The notes beneath the pieces are model-generated. The model was not told where the DNA came from and did no database searches. It worked only from the letters and a program-made list of their open reading frames with translations. The position numbers were made by a program, and so were the translations under genes. From the human T2T-CHM13v2.0 reference genome, Homo sapiens: a stretch of 64,000 bases of DNA. Each line of letters starts with the position of its first letter. The stretch's first letter is position 1. Of this stretch, positions 50,201 through 62,784 are shown in pieces. The stretch lies in NCBI RefSeq assembly GCF_009914755.1, contig NC_060925.1; one strand, written 5' to 3'.

Positions 50201-53200
50201 GGGATTTCTTCATATTCTGGTAGACAGAAGAATTCTCAGTAACTTCCTTGTGTTGTGTGTATTCAACTCACAGAATTGAACGATCCTTTACACAGAGCAG
50301 ACTTGAAACACTCTTTTTGTGGAATTTGCAAGTGGAGATTTCAGCCGCTTTGAGGTCAATGGTAGAAAAGGAAACTATCTTCATATAAAGACTAGACAGA
50401 ATGATTCTCAGAAACTCCTTTGTGATGTGTGCGTTCAACTCACAGAGTTTAACCTTTCTGTTCATAGAGCCGTTAGGAAACACTCTGTTTGTAAAGTCTG
50501 CAAGTGGATATTCAGACCTCTTTGAGGCCTTCGTTGGAAACGGGATTTCTTCATATTATGCTAGACAGAAGAATTCTCAGTAACTTCCTTGTGTTGTGTG
50601 TATTCAACTCACAGAGTTGAACGATCCTTTACACAGAGCAGACTTGAAACATTCTTTTTCTGGAATTTGCAAGTGGAGATTTCAGCCGCTTTGAGGTCAA
50701 TGGTAGAATAGGAAATATCTTCCTATAGAAACTAGACAGAACGATTCTCAGAAACTCCTTTGTGATGTGTGCGTTCAACTCACAGAGTTTAACCTTTCTT
50801 TTCATAGAGCAGTTAGGAAACACTCTGTTTGTAAAGTCTGCAAGTGGATATTCAGACCTCCTTGAGGCCTTCGTTGGAAACGGGATTTCTTCATATTCTG
50901 CTAGACAGAAGAATTCTCAGTAACTTCCTTGTGTTGTGTTTATTCAACTCACAGAGTTGAATGATCCTTTACACAGAGCAGACTTGAAACACTCTTTTTG
51001 TGGAATTTGCAAGTGGAGGTTTCAGCCGCTTTGAGGTCAATGGTAGAAAAGTAAATATCTTCGTATAAAGACTAGACAGAATGATTCTCAGAAACTCCTT
51101 TGTGATGTGTGCGTTCAACTCACAGAGTTTAACCTTTCTGTTCATAGAGCTGTTAGGAAACACTCTGTTTGTAAAGTCTGCAAGTGGATATTCAGACCTC
51201 CTTTAGGCCTTCGTTGGAAACGGGATTTCTTCATATTCTGCTAGACAGAAGAATTCTCAGTAACTTCCTTGTGTTTTGTGTATTCAACTCACAGAGTTGA
51301 ACGATCCTTTACACAGAGCAGACTTGAAACACTCTTTTTGTGGAATTTGCAAGTGGAGATTTCAGCCGCTTTGAGGTCAATAGTAGAAAAGGAAATATCT
51401 TCGTAGAAAAACTAGACAGAATGATTCTCAGAAACTCCTTTGTGATGTGTGTGTTCAACTCACAGAGTTTAACCTTTCTTTTCATAGAGCAGTTAGTAAA
51501 CACTCTGTTTATAAAGTCTGCAAGTGGATATTCAGACCCCTTTGAGGCCTTCGTTGGAAACGGGATTTCTTCATATTATGCTAGACAGAAGAATTCTCAG
51601 TAACTTCCTTGTGTTGTGTGTATTCAACTGACAGAGTTGACCTTTCATTTAGAGAGAGCAGATTTGAAACACTGTTTTTGTGGAATTTGCAAGTGGAGAT
51701 TTCAAGCGCTTTGGGGCCAAAGGCAGAAAAGGAAATATCTTCGTATAAAAACTAGACAGAATCATTCTCAGAAACTGCTGCGTGATGTGTGCGTTCAACT
51801 CTCAGAGTTTAACTTTTCTTTTCATTCAGCGGTTTGGAAACACTCTGTTTGTAAAGTCTGCACGTGGAAATTTTGACCACTGAGAGGCCTTCGTTGGAAA
51901 CGGGTTTTTTTCATGTAAGGCTAGACAGAAGAATTCCCAGTAACTTCCTTGTGTTGTGTGCATTCAACTCACAGAGTTGAACGTTCCCTTAGACAGAGCA
52001 GATTTGAAACACTCTATTTGTGCAATTTGCAAGTGTAGATTTCAAGCGCTTTAAGGTCAACGGCAGAAAAGGAAATATCTTCGTTTCAAAACTAGACAGA
52101 ATCATTCCCACAAACTGCGTTGTGATGTGTTCGTTCAACTCACAGAGTTTAACCTTTCTGTTCATAGAGCAGTTAGGAAACACTCTGTTTGTAAAGTCTG
52201 TAAGTGGATATTCTGACATCTTGTGGCCTTCGTTGGAAACGGGATTTCTTCATATTCTGCTAGACAGAAGAATTCTCAGTAACTTCCTTGTGTTGTGTGT
52301 ATTCAACTCACAGAGTTGAATGATCCTTTACACAGAGCAGACTTGAAACACTCTTTTTGTGGAATTTGCAAGTGGAGATTTCAGCCGCTTTGAGGTCAAT
52401 GGTAGAAAAGTAAATATCTTCGTATAAAGACTAGACAGAATGATTCTTAGAAACTCCTTTGTGATGTGTGCGTTCAACTCACAGAGTTTAACCTTTCTGT
52501 TCATAGAGCAGTTAGGAAACACTCTGTTTGTAAAGTCTGCAAGTGGATATTCAGACCTCCTTTAGGCCTTCGTTGGAAACGGGATTTCTTCATATTCTGC
52601 TAGACAGAAGAATTCTCAGTAACTTCCTTGTGTTGTGTGTATTCAACTCACAGAGTTGAACAATCCTTTACACAGAGCAGACTTGAAACACTCTTTTTGT
52701 GGAATTTGCAAGTGGAGATTTCAGCCGCTTTGAGGTCAATGGTAGAAAAGGAAATATCTTCGTATAAAGACTAGACAGAATGATTCTCATAAACTCCTTT
52801 GTGATGTGTGCGTTCAACTCACAGAGTTTAACTTTTCTTTTCATAGAGCAGTTAGGAAACACTCTGTTTGTAAAGTCTGCAAGTGGATATTCAGACCTCT
52901 TTGAGGCCTTCGTTGGAAACGGGATTTCTTCATATTCTGCTAGACAGAAGAATTCTCAGTAACTTCCTTGTGTTGTGTGTATTCAACTCACAGAGTTGAA
53001 CGATCCTTTACACAGAGCAGACTTGAAACATTCTTTTTGTGGAATTTGCAAGTGGAGATTTCAGCCGCTTTGAGGTCAATGGTAGAATAGGAAATATCTT
53101 CCTATAGAAACTAGATAGAACGATTCTCAGAAACTCCTTTGTGATGTGTGCGTTCAACTCACAGAGTTTAACCTTTCTTTTCATAGAGCAGTTAGGAAAC

Positions 53201-56200
53201 ACTCTGTTTGTAAAGTCTGCAAGTGGATATTCAGACCTCTTTGAGGCCTTCGTTGGAAACGGGATTTCTTCATATTCTGCTAGACAGAAGAATTCTCAGT
53301 AACTTCCTTGTGTTGTGTGTATTCAACTCACAGAGTTGAACGATCCTTTACACAGAGCAGACTTGAAACACTCTTTTTGTGGAATTTGCAAGTGGAGATT
53401 TCAGCCGCTTTGAGGTCAATAGTAGAAAAGGAAATATCTTCGTAGAAAAACTAGACAGAATGATTCTCAGAAACTCCTTTGTGATGTGTGTGTTCAACTC
53501 ACAGAGTTTAACCTTTCTTTTCATAGAGCAGTTAGTAAACACTCTGTTTATAAAGTCTGCAAGTGGATATTCAGACCCCTTTGAGGCCTTCGTTGGAAAC
53601 GGGATTTCTTCATATTATGCTAGACAGAAGAATTCTCAGTAACTTCCTTGTGTTGTGTGTATTCAACTGACAGAGTTGAACTTTCATTTAGAGAGAGCAG
53701 ATTTGAAACACTGTTTTTGTGGAATTTGCAAGTGGAGATTTCAAGCGCTTTGGGGCCAAAGGCAGAAAAGGAAATATCTTCGTATAAAAACTAGACAGAA
53801 TCATTCTCAGAAACTGCTGCGTGATGTGTGCGTTCAACTCTCAGAGTTTAACTTTTCTTTTCATTCAGCGGTTTGGAAACACTCTGTTTGTAAAGTCTGC
53901 ACGTGGAAATTTTGACCACTTAGAGGCCTTCGTTGGAAACGGGTTTTTTTCATGTAAGGCTAGACAGAAGAATTCCCAGTAACTTCCTTGTGTTGTGTGC
54001 ATTCAACTCACAGAGTTGAACGTTCCCTTAGACAGAGCAGATTTGAAACACTCTATTTGTGCAATTTGCAAGTGTAGATTTCAAGCGCTTTAAGGTCAAC
54101 GGCAGAAAAGGAAATATCTTCGTTTCAAAACTAGACAGAATCATTCCCACAAACTGCGTTGTGATGTGTTCGTTCAACTCACAGAGTTTAACCTTTCTGT
54201 TCATAGAGCAGTTAGGAAACACTCTGTTTGTAAAGTCTGTAAGTGGATATTCTGACATCTTGTGGCCTTCGTTGGAAACGGGATTTCTTCATATTCTGCT
54301 AGACAGAAGAATTCTCAGTAACTTCCTTGTGTTGTGTGTATTCAACTCACAGAGTTGAACGATCCTTTACACAGAGCAGACTTGAAACACTCTTTTTGTG
54401 GAATTTGCAAGTGGAGATTTCAGCCGCTTTGAGGTCAATGGTAGAAAAGGAAACTATCTTCATATAAAGATTAGACAGAATGATTCTCAGAAAATCTTTT
54501 GTGATGTGTGCGTTCAACTCACAGAGTTTAACTTTTCTTCTCATAGAGCAGTTAGGAAACACTCTGTTTGTAAAGTCTGCAAGTGGATATTCAGACCTCT
54601 TTGAGGTCTTCGTTGGAAACGGGATTTCTTCATATTATGCTAGACAGAATAATTCTCAGTAACTTCCTTGTGTTGTGTGTATTCAACTCACAGAGTTGAA
54701 GGATCCTTTACAGAGAGCAGGCTTGAAACACTCTTTTTGTCGAATTTGCAAGTGGAGATTTCAGCCGCTTTGTGGTCAATGGTAGAATAGGAAATATCTT
54801 CTTATAGAAACTAGACAGAATGATTCTCATAAACTCCTTTGTGATGTGTGCGTTCAACTCACAGAGTTTAACCTTTCTTTTCATAGAGCAGTTAGGAAAC
54901 ACTCTGTTTGTAAAGTCTGCAAGTGGATATTCAGACCTCCTTGAGGCCTTCGTTGGAAACGGGATTTCTTCATATTCTGCTAGACAGAAGAATTCTCAGT
55001 AACTTCCTTGTGTTGTGTTTATTCAACTCACAGAGTTGAATGATCCTTTACACAGAGCAGACTTGAAACACTCTTTTTGTGGAATTTGCAAGTGGAGATT
55101 TCAGCCGCTTTGAGGTCAATGGTAGAAAAGTAAATATCTTCCTATAAAGACTAGACAGAATGATTCTCAGAAACTCCTTTGTGATGTGTGCGTTCAAGTC
55201 ACAGAGTTTAACCTTTCTGTTCATAGAGCCGTTAGGAAACACTCTGTTTGTAAAGTCTGCAAGTGGATATTCAGACCTCTTTGAGGCCTTCGTTGGAAAC
55301 GGGATTTCTTCATATTATGCTAGACAGAAGAATTCTCAGTAACTTCCTTGTGTTGTGTGTATTCAACTCACAGAGTTGAACGATCCTTTACACAGAGCAG
55401 ACTTGAAACATTCTTTTTGTGGAATTTGCAAGTGGAGATTTCAGCCGCTTTGAGGTCAATGGTAGAATAGGAAATATCTTCCTATAGAAACTAGACAGAA
55501 CGATTCTCAGAAACTCCTTTGTGATGTGTGCGTTCAACTCACAGAGTTTAACCTTTCTTTTCATAGAGCAGTTAGGAAACACTCTGTTTGTAAAGTCTGC
55601 AAGTGGATATTCAGACCTCCTTGAGGCCTTCGTTGGAAACGGGATTTCTTCATATTCTGCTAGACAGAAGAATTCTCAGTAACTTCCTTGTGTTGTGTTT
55701 ATTCAACTCACAGAGTTGAATGATCCTTTACACAGAGCAGACTTGAAACACTCTTTTTGTGGAATTTGCAAGTGGAGATTTCAGCCGCTTTGAGGTCAAT
55801 GGTAGAAAAGTAAATATCTTCGTATAAAGACTAGACAGAATGATTCTCAGAAACTCCTTTGTGATGTGTGCGTTCAACTCACAGAGTTTAACCTTTCTGT
55901 TCATAGAGCTGTTAGGAAACACTCTGTTTGTAAAGTCTGTAAGTGGATATTCAGACCTCCTTTAGGCCTTCGTTGGAAACGGGATTTCTTCATATTCTGC
56001 TAGACAGAAGAATTCTCAGTAACTTCCTTGTGTTGTGTGTATTCAACTCACAGAGTTGAACGATCCTTTACACAGAGCAGACTTGAAACACTCTTTTTGT
56101 GGAATTTGCAAGTGGAGATTTCAGCCGCTTTGAGGTCAATAGTAGAAAAGGAAATATCTTCGTAGAAAAACTAGACAGAATGATTCTCAGAAACTCCTTT

Positions 56201-59200
56201 GTGATGTGTGTGTTCAACTCACAGAGTTTAACCTTTCTTTTCATAGAGCAGTTAGTAAACACTCTGTTTATAAAGTCTGCAAGTGGATATTCAGACCCCT
56301 TTGAGGCCTTCGTTGGAAACGGGATTTCTTCATATTATGCTAGACAGAAGAATTCTCAGTAACTTCCTTGTGTTGTGTGTATTCAACTGACAGAGTTGAA
56401 CTTTCATTTAGAGAGAGCAGATTTGAAACACTGTTTTTGTGGAATTTGCAAGTGGAGATTTCAAGCGCTTTGGGGCCAAAGGCAGAAAAGGAAATATCTT
56501 CGTATAAAAACTAGACAGAATCACTCTCAGAAACTGCTGCGTGATGTGTGCGTTCAACTCTCAGAGTTTAACTTTTCTTTTCATTCAGCGGTTTGGAAAC
56601 ACTCTGTTTGTAAAGTCTGCACGTGGAAATTTTGACCACTTAGAGGCCTTCGTTGGAAACGGGTTTTTTTCATGTAAGGCTAGACAGAAGAATTCCCAGT
56701 AACTTCCTTGTGTTGTGTGCATTCAACTCACAGAGTTGAACGTTCCCTTAGACAGAGCAGATTTGAAACACTCTATTTGTGCAATTTGCAAGTGTAGATT
56801 TCAAGCGCTTTAAGGTCAACGGCAGAAAAGGAAATATCTTCGTTTCAAAACTAGACAGAATCATTCCCACAAACTGCGTTGTGATGTGTTCGTTCAACTC
56901 ACAGAGTTTAACCTTTCTGTTCATAGAGCAGTTAGGAAACACTCTGTTTGTAAAGTCTGTAAGTGGATATTCTGACATCTTGTGGCCTTCGTTGGAAACG
57001 GGATTTCTTCATATTCTGCTAGACAGAAGAATTCTCAGTAACTTCCTTGTGTTGTGTGTATTCAACTCACAGAGTTGAACGATCCTTTACACAGAGCAGA
57101 CTTGAAACACTCTTTTTGTGGAATTTGCAAGTGGAGATTTCAGCCGCTTTGAGGTCAATGGTAGAAAAGGAAACTATCTTCATATAAAGATTAGACAGAA
57201 TGATTCTCAGAAAATCTTTTGTGATGTGTGCGTTCAACTCACAGAGTTTAACTTTTCTTCTCATAGAGCAGTTAGGAAACACTCTGTTTGTAAAGTCTGC
57301 AAGTGGATATTCAGACCTCTTTGAGGTCTTCGTTGGAAACGGGATTTCTTCATATTATGCTAGACAGAATAATTCTCAGTAACTTCCTTGTGTTGTGTGT
57401 ATTCAACTCACAGAGTTGAAGGATCCTTTACAGAGAGCAGGCTTGAAACACTCTTTTTGTCGAATTTGCAAGTGGAGATTTCAGCCGCTTTGTGGTCAAT
57501 GGTAGAATAGGAAATATCTTCTTATAGAAACTAGACAGAATGATTCTCATAAACTCCTTTGTGATGTGTGCGTTCAACTCACAGAGTTTAACCTTTCTTT
57601 TCATACAGCAGTTAGGAAACACTCTGTTTGTAAAGTCTGCAAGTGGATATTCAGACCTCCTTGAGGCCTTCGTTGGAAACGGGATTTCTTCATATTCTGC
57701 TAGACAGAAGAATTCTCAGTAACTTCCTTGTGTTGTGTATATTCAACTCACAGAGTTGAATGATCCTTTACACAGAGCAGACTTGAAACACTCTTTTTGT
57801 GGAATTTGCAAGTGGAGATTTCAGCCGCTTTGAGGTCAATGGTAGAAAAGTAAATATCTTCCTATAAAGACTAGACAGAATGATTCTCAGAAACTCCTTT
57901 GTGATGTGTGCGTTCAACTCACAGAGTTTAACCTTTCTGTTCATAGAGCCGTTAGGAAACACTCTGTTTGTAAAGTCTGCAAGTGGATATTCAGACCTCT
58001 TTGAGGCCTTCGTTGGAAACGGGATTTCTTCATATTATGCTAGACAGAAAAATTCTCAGTAACTTCCTTGTGTTGTGTGTATTCAACTCACAGAGTTGAA
58101 CGATCCTTTACACAGAGCAGACTTGAAACACTCTTTTTGTCGAATTTGCAAGTGGAGATTTCAGCCGCTTTGAGGTCAATGGTAGAATAGGAAATATCTT
58201 CTTATAGAAACTAGACAGAATGATTCTCATGAACTCCTTTGTGATGTGTGCGTTGAACTCACAGAGTTTAACCTTTCTTTTCATAGAGGAGTTAGGAAAC
58301 ACTCTGTTTGTAAAGTCTGCAAGTGGATATTCAGACCTCCTTGAGGCCTTCGTTGGAAACGGGATTTCTTCATATTCTGCTAGACAGAAGAATTCTCAGT
58401 AACTTCCTTGTGTTGTGTTTATTCAACTCACAGAGTTGAATGATCCTTTACACAGAGCAGACTTGAAACACTCTTTTTGTGGAAATTGCAAGTGGAGATT
58501 TCAGCCGCTTTGAGGTCAATGGTAGAAAAGTAAATATCTTCGTATAAAGACTAGACAGAATGATTCTCAGAAACTCCTTTGTGATGTGTGCGTTCAACTC
58601 ACAGAGTTTAACCTTTCTGTTCATAGAGCAGTTAGGAAACACTCTGTTTGTAAAGTCTGCAAGTGGATATTCAGACCTCCTTGAGGCCTTCGTTGAAAAC
58701 GGGATTTCTTCATATTCTGCTAGACAGAAGAATTCTCAGTAACTTCCTTGTGTTGTGTGTATTCAACTCACAGAGTTGAACGATCCTTTACACAGAGCAG
58801 ACTTGAAACACTCTTTCTGTGGAATTTGCAAGTGGAGATTTCAACCGCTTTGAGGTCAATAGTAGAAAAGGAAATATCTTCGTAGAAAAACTAGACAGAA
58901 TGATTCTCAGAAACTCCTTTGTGATGTGTGTGTTCAACTCACAGGGTTTAACCTTTCTTTTCATAGAGCAGTTAGTAAACACTCTGTTTATAAAGTCTGC
59001 AAGTAGATATTCAGACCCCTTTGAGGCCTTCGTTGGAAACGGGATTTCTTCATATTATGCTAGACAGAAGAATTCTCAGTAACTTCCTTGTGTTGTGTGT
59101 ATTCAACTGACAGAGTTGAACTTTCTTTTAGAGAGAGCAGATTTGAAACACTGTTTTTGTGGAATTTGCAACTGGAGATTTCAAGCGCTTTGGGACCAAA

Positions 59201-60387
59201 GGCAGAAAAGGAAATATCTTCGTATAAAAACTAGACAGAATCATTCTCAGAAACTGCTGCGTGATGTGTGCGTTCAACTCTCAGAGTTTAACTTTTCTTT
59301 TCATTCAGCGGTTTGGAAACACTCTGTTTGTAAAGTCTGCACGTGGATATTTTGACCACTTAGAGGTCTTCGTTGGAAACGGGTTTTTTTCATGTAAGGC
59401 TAGACAGAAGAATTCCCAGTAACTTCCTTGTGTTGTGTGCATTCAACTCACAGAGTTGAACGTTCCCTTAGACAGAGCAGATTTGAAACACTCTATTTGT
59501 GCAATTTGCAAGTGTAGATTTCAAGCGCTTTAAGGTCAACGGCAGAAAAGGAAATATCTTCGTTTCAAAACTAGACAGAATCATTCCCACAAACTGCGTT
59601 GTGATGTGTTCGCTCAACTCACAGAGTTTAACCTTTCTGTTCATAGAGCAGTTAGGAAACACTCTGTTTGTAAAGTCTGTAAGTGGATATTCTGACATCT
59701 TGTGGCCTTCGTTGGAAACGGGATTTCTTCATATTCTGCTAGACAGAAGAATTCTCAGTAACTTCCTTGTGTTGTGTGTATTCAACTCACAGAGTTGAAC
59801 GATCCTTTACACAGAGCAGACTTGAAACACTCTTTTTGTGGAATTTGCAAGTGGAGATTTCAGCCGCTTTGAGGTCAATGGTAGAAAAGGAAACTATCTT
59901 CATATAAAGACTAGACAGAATGATTCTCAGAAAATCTTTTGTGATGTGTGCGTTCAACTCACAGAGTTTAACTTTTCTTCTCATAGAGCAGTTAGGAAAC
60001 ACTCTGTTTGTAAAGTCTGCAAGTGGATATTCAGACCTCCTTTAGGCCTTCGTTGGAAACGGGATTTCTTCATATTCTGCTAGACAGAAGAATTCTCAGT
60101 AACTTCCTTGTGTTGTGTGTATTCAACTCACAGAGTTGAACAATCCTTTACACAGAGCAGACTTGAAACACTCTTTTTGTGGAATTTGCAAGTGGAGATT
60201 TCAGCCGCTTTGAGGTCAATGGTAGAAAAGGAAATATCTTCGTATAAAGACTAGACAGAATGATTCTCATAAACTCCTTTGTGATGTGTGCGTTCAACTC
60301 ACAGAGTTTAACCTTTCTGTTCATAGAGCAGTTAGGAAACACTCTGTTTGTAAAGTCTGCAAGTGGATATTCAGACCTCCTTGAGGC

Positions 60388-60404
60388 CTTCTTTGGAAAC
60401 GAGA
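60388..60404 (+). promoter_or_regulatory. Doubly mutated CENP-B box (G5T plus G15A)
   Basis: CTTCTTTGGAAACGAGA. Confidence 0.85.
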
Positions 60405-62767
60405 TTTCTTCATATTCTGCTAGACAGAAGAATTCTCAGTAACTTCCTTGTGTTGTGTGTATTCAACTCACAGAGTTGAATGATCCTTTACACAGAGCAG
60501 ACTTGAAACACTCTTTTTGTGGAATTTGCAAGTGGAGATTTCAGCCGCTTTGAGGTCAATGGTAGAAAAGTAAATATCTTCGTATAAAGACTAGACAGAA
60601 TGATTCTCAGAAACTCCTTTGTGATGTGTGCGTTCAACTCACAGAGTTTAACCTTTCTGTTCATAGAGCAGTTAGGAAACACTCTGTTTGTAAAGTCTGC
60701 AAGTGGATATTCAGACCTCCTTGAGGCCTTCGTTGGAAACGGGATTTCTTCATATTCTGCTAGACAGAAGAATTCTCAGTAACTTCCTTGTGTTGTGTGT
60801 ATTCAACTCACAGAGTTGAACGATCCTTTACACAGAGCAGACTTGAAACACTCTTTTTGTGGAATTTGCAAGTGGAGATTTCAGCCGCTTTGAGGTCAAT
60901 AGTAGAAAAGGAAATATCTTCGTAGAAAAACTAGACAGAATGATTTTCAGAAACTCCTTTGTGATGTGTGTGTTCAACTCACAGAGTTTAACCTTTCTTT
61001 TCATAGAGCAGTTAGTAAACACTCTGTTTATAAAGTCTGCAAGTGGATATTCAGACCCCTTTGAGGCCTTCGTTGGAAACGGGATTTCTTCATATTATGC
61101 TAGACAGAAGAATTCTCAGTAACTTCCTTGTGTTGTGTGTATTCAACTGACAGAGTTGAACTTTCATTTAGAGAGAGCAGATTTGAAACACTGTTTTTGT
61201 GGAATTTGCAAGTGGAGATTTCAAGCGCTTTGGGGCCAAAGGCAGAAAAGGAAATATCTTCGTATAAAAACTAGACAGAATCATTCTCAGAAACTGCTGC
61301 GTGATGTGTGCGTTCAACTCTCAGAGTTTAACTTTTCTTTTCATTCAGCGGTTTGGAAACACTCTGTTTGTAAAGTCTGCACGTGGAAATTTTGACCACT
61401 TAGAGGCCTTCGTTGGAAACGGGATTTTTTCATGTAAGGCTAGACAGAAGAATTCCCAGTAACTTCCTTGTGTTGTGTGCATTCAACTCACAGAGTTGAA
61501 CGTTCCCTTAGACAGAGCAGATTTGAAACACTCTATTTGTGCAATTTGCAAGTGTAGATTTCAAGCGCTTTAAGGTCAACGGCAGAAAAGGAAATATCTT
61601 CGTTTCAAAACTAGACAGAATCATTCCCACAAACTGCGTTGTGATGTGTTCGTTCAACTCACAGAGTTTAACCTTTCTGTTCATAGAGCAGTTAGGAAAC
61701 ACTCTGTTTGTAAACTCTGTAAGTGGATATTCTGACATCTTGTGGCCTTCGTTGGAAACGGGATTTCTTCATATTCTGCTAGACAGAAGAATTCTCAGTA
61801 ACTTCCTTGTGTTGTGTGTATTCAACTCACAGAGTTGAATGATCCTTTACACAGAGCAGACTTGAAACACTCTTTTTGTGGAATTTGCAAGTGGAGATTT
61901 CAGCCGCTTTGAGGTCAATGGTAGAAAAGGAAACTATCTTCATATAAAGACTAGACAGAATGATTCTCAGAAAATCTTTTGTGATGTGTGCGTTCAACTC
62001 ACAGAGTTTAACTTTTCTTCTCATAGAGCAGTTAGGAAACACTCTGTTTGTAAAGTGTGCAAGTGGATATTCAGACCTCTTTGAGGCCTTCGTTGGAAAC
62101 GGGATTTCTTCATATTATGCTAGACAGAAAAATTCTCAGTAACTTCCTTGTGTTGTGTGTATTCAACTCACAGAGTTGAAGGATCCTTTACAGAGAGCAG
62201 GCTTGAAACACTCTTTTTGTCGAATTTGCAAGTGGAGATTTCAGCCGCTTTGAGGTCAATGGTAGAATAGGAAATATCTTCTTATAGAAACTAGACAGAA
62301 TGATTCTCATGAACTCCTTTGTGATGTGTGCGTTGAACTCACAGAGTTTAACCTTTCTTTTCATAGAGGAGTTAGGAAACACTCTGTTTGTAAAGTCTGC
62401 AAGTGGATATTCAGACCTCCTTGAGGCCTTCGTTGGAAACGGGATTTCTTCATATTCTGCTAGACAGAAGAATTCTCAGTAACTTCCTTGTGTTGTGTTT
62501 ATTCAACTCACAGAGTTGAATGATCCTTTACACAGAGCAGACTTGAAACACTCTTTTTGTGGAAATTGCAAGTGGAGATTTCAGCCGCTTTGAGGTCAAT
62601 GGTAGAAAAGGAAATATCTTCGTATAAAGACTAGACAGAATGATTCTCAGAAACTCCTTTGTGATGTGTGCGTTCAACTCACAGAGTTTAACCTTTCTGT
62701 TCATAGAGCAGTTAGGAAACACTCTGTTTGTAAAGTCTGCAAGTGGATATTCAGACCTCCTTGAGGC

Positions 62768-62784
62768 CTTCGTTGACAACGGGA
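62768..62784 (+). promoter_or_regulatory. CENP-B box with non-core G9A plus core A10C
   Basis: CTTCGTTGACAACGGGA. Confidence 0.85.
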
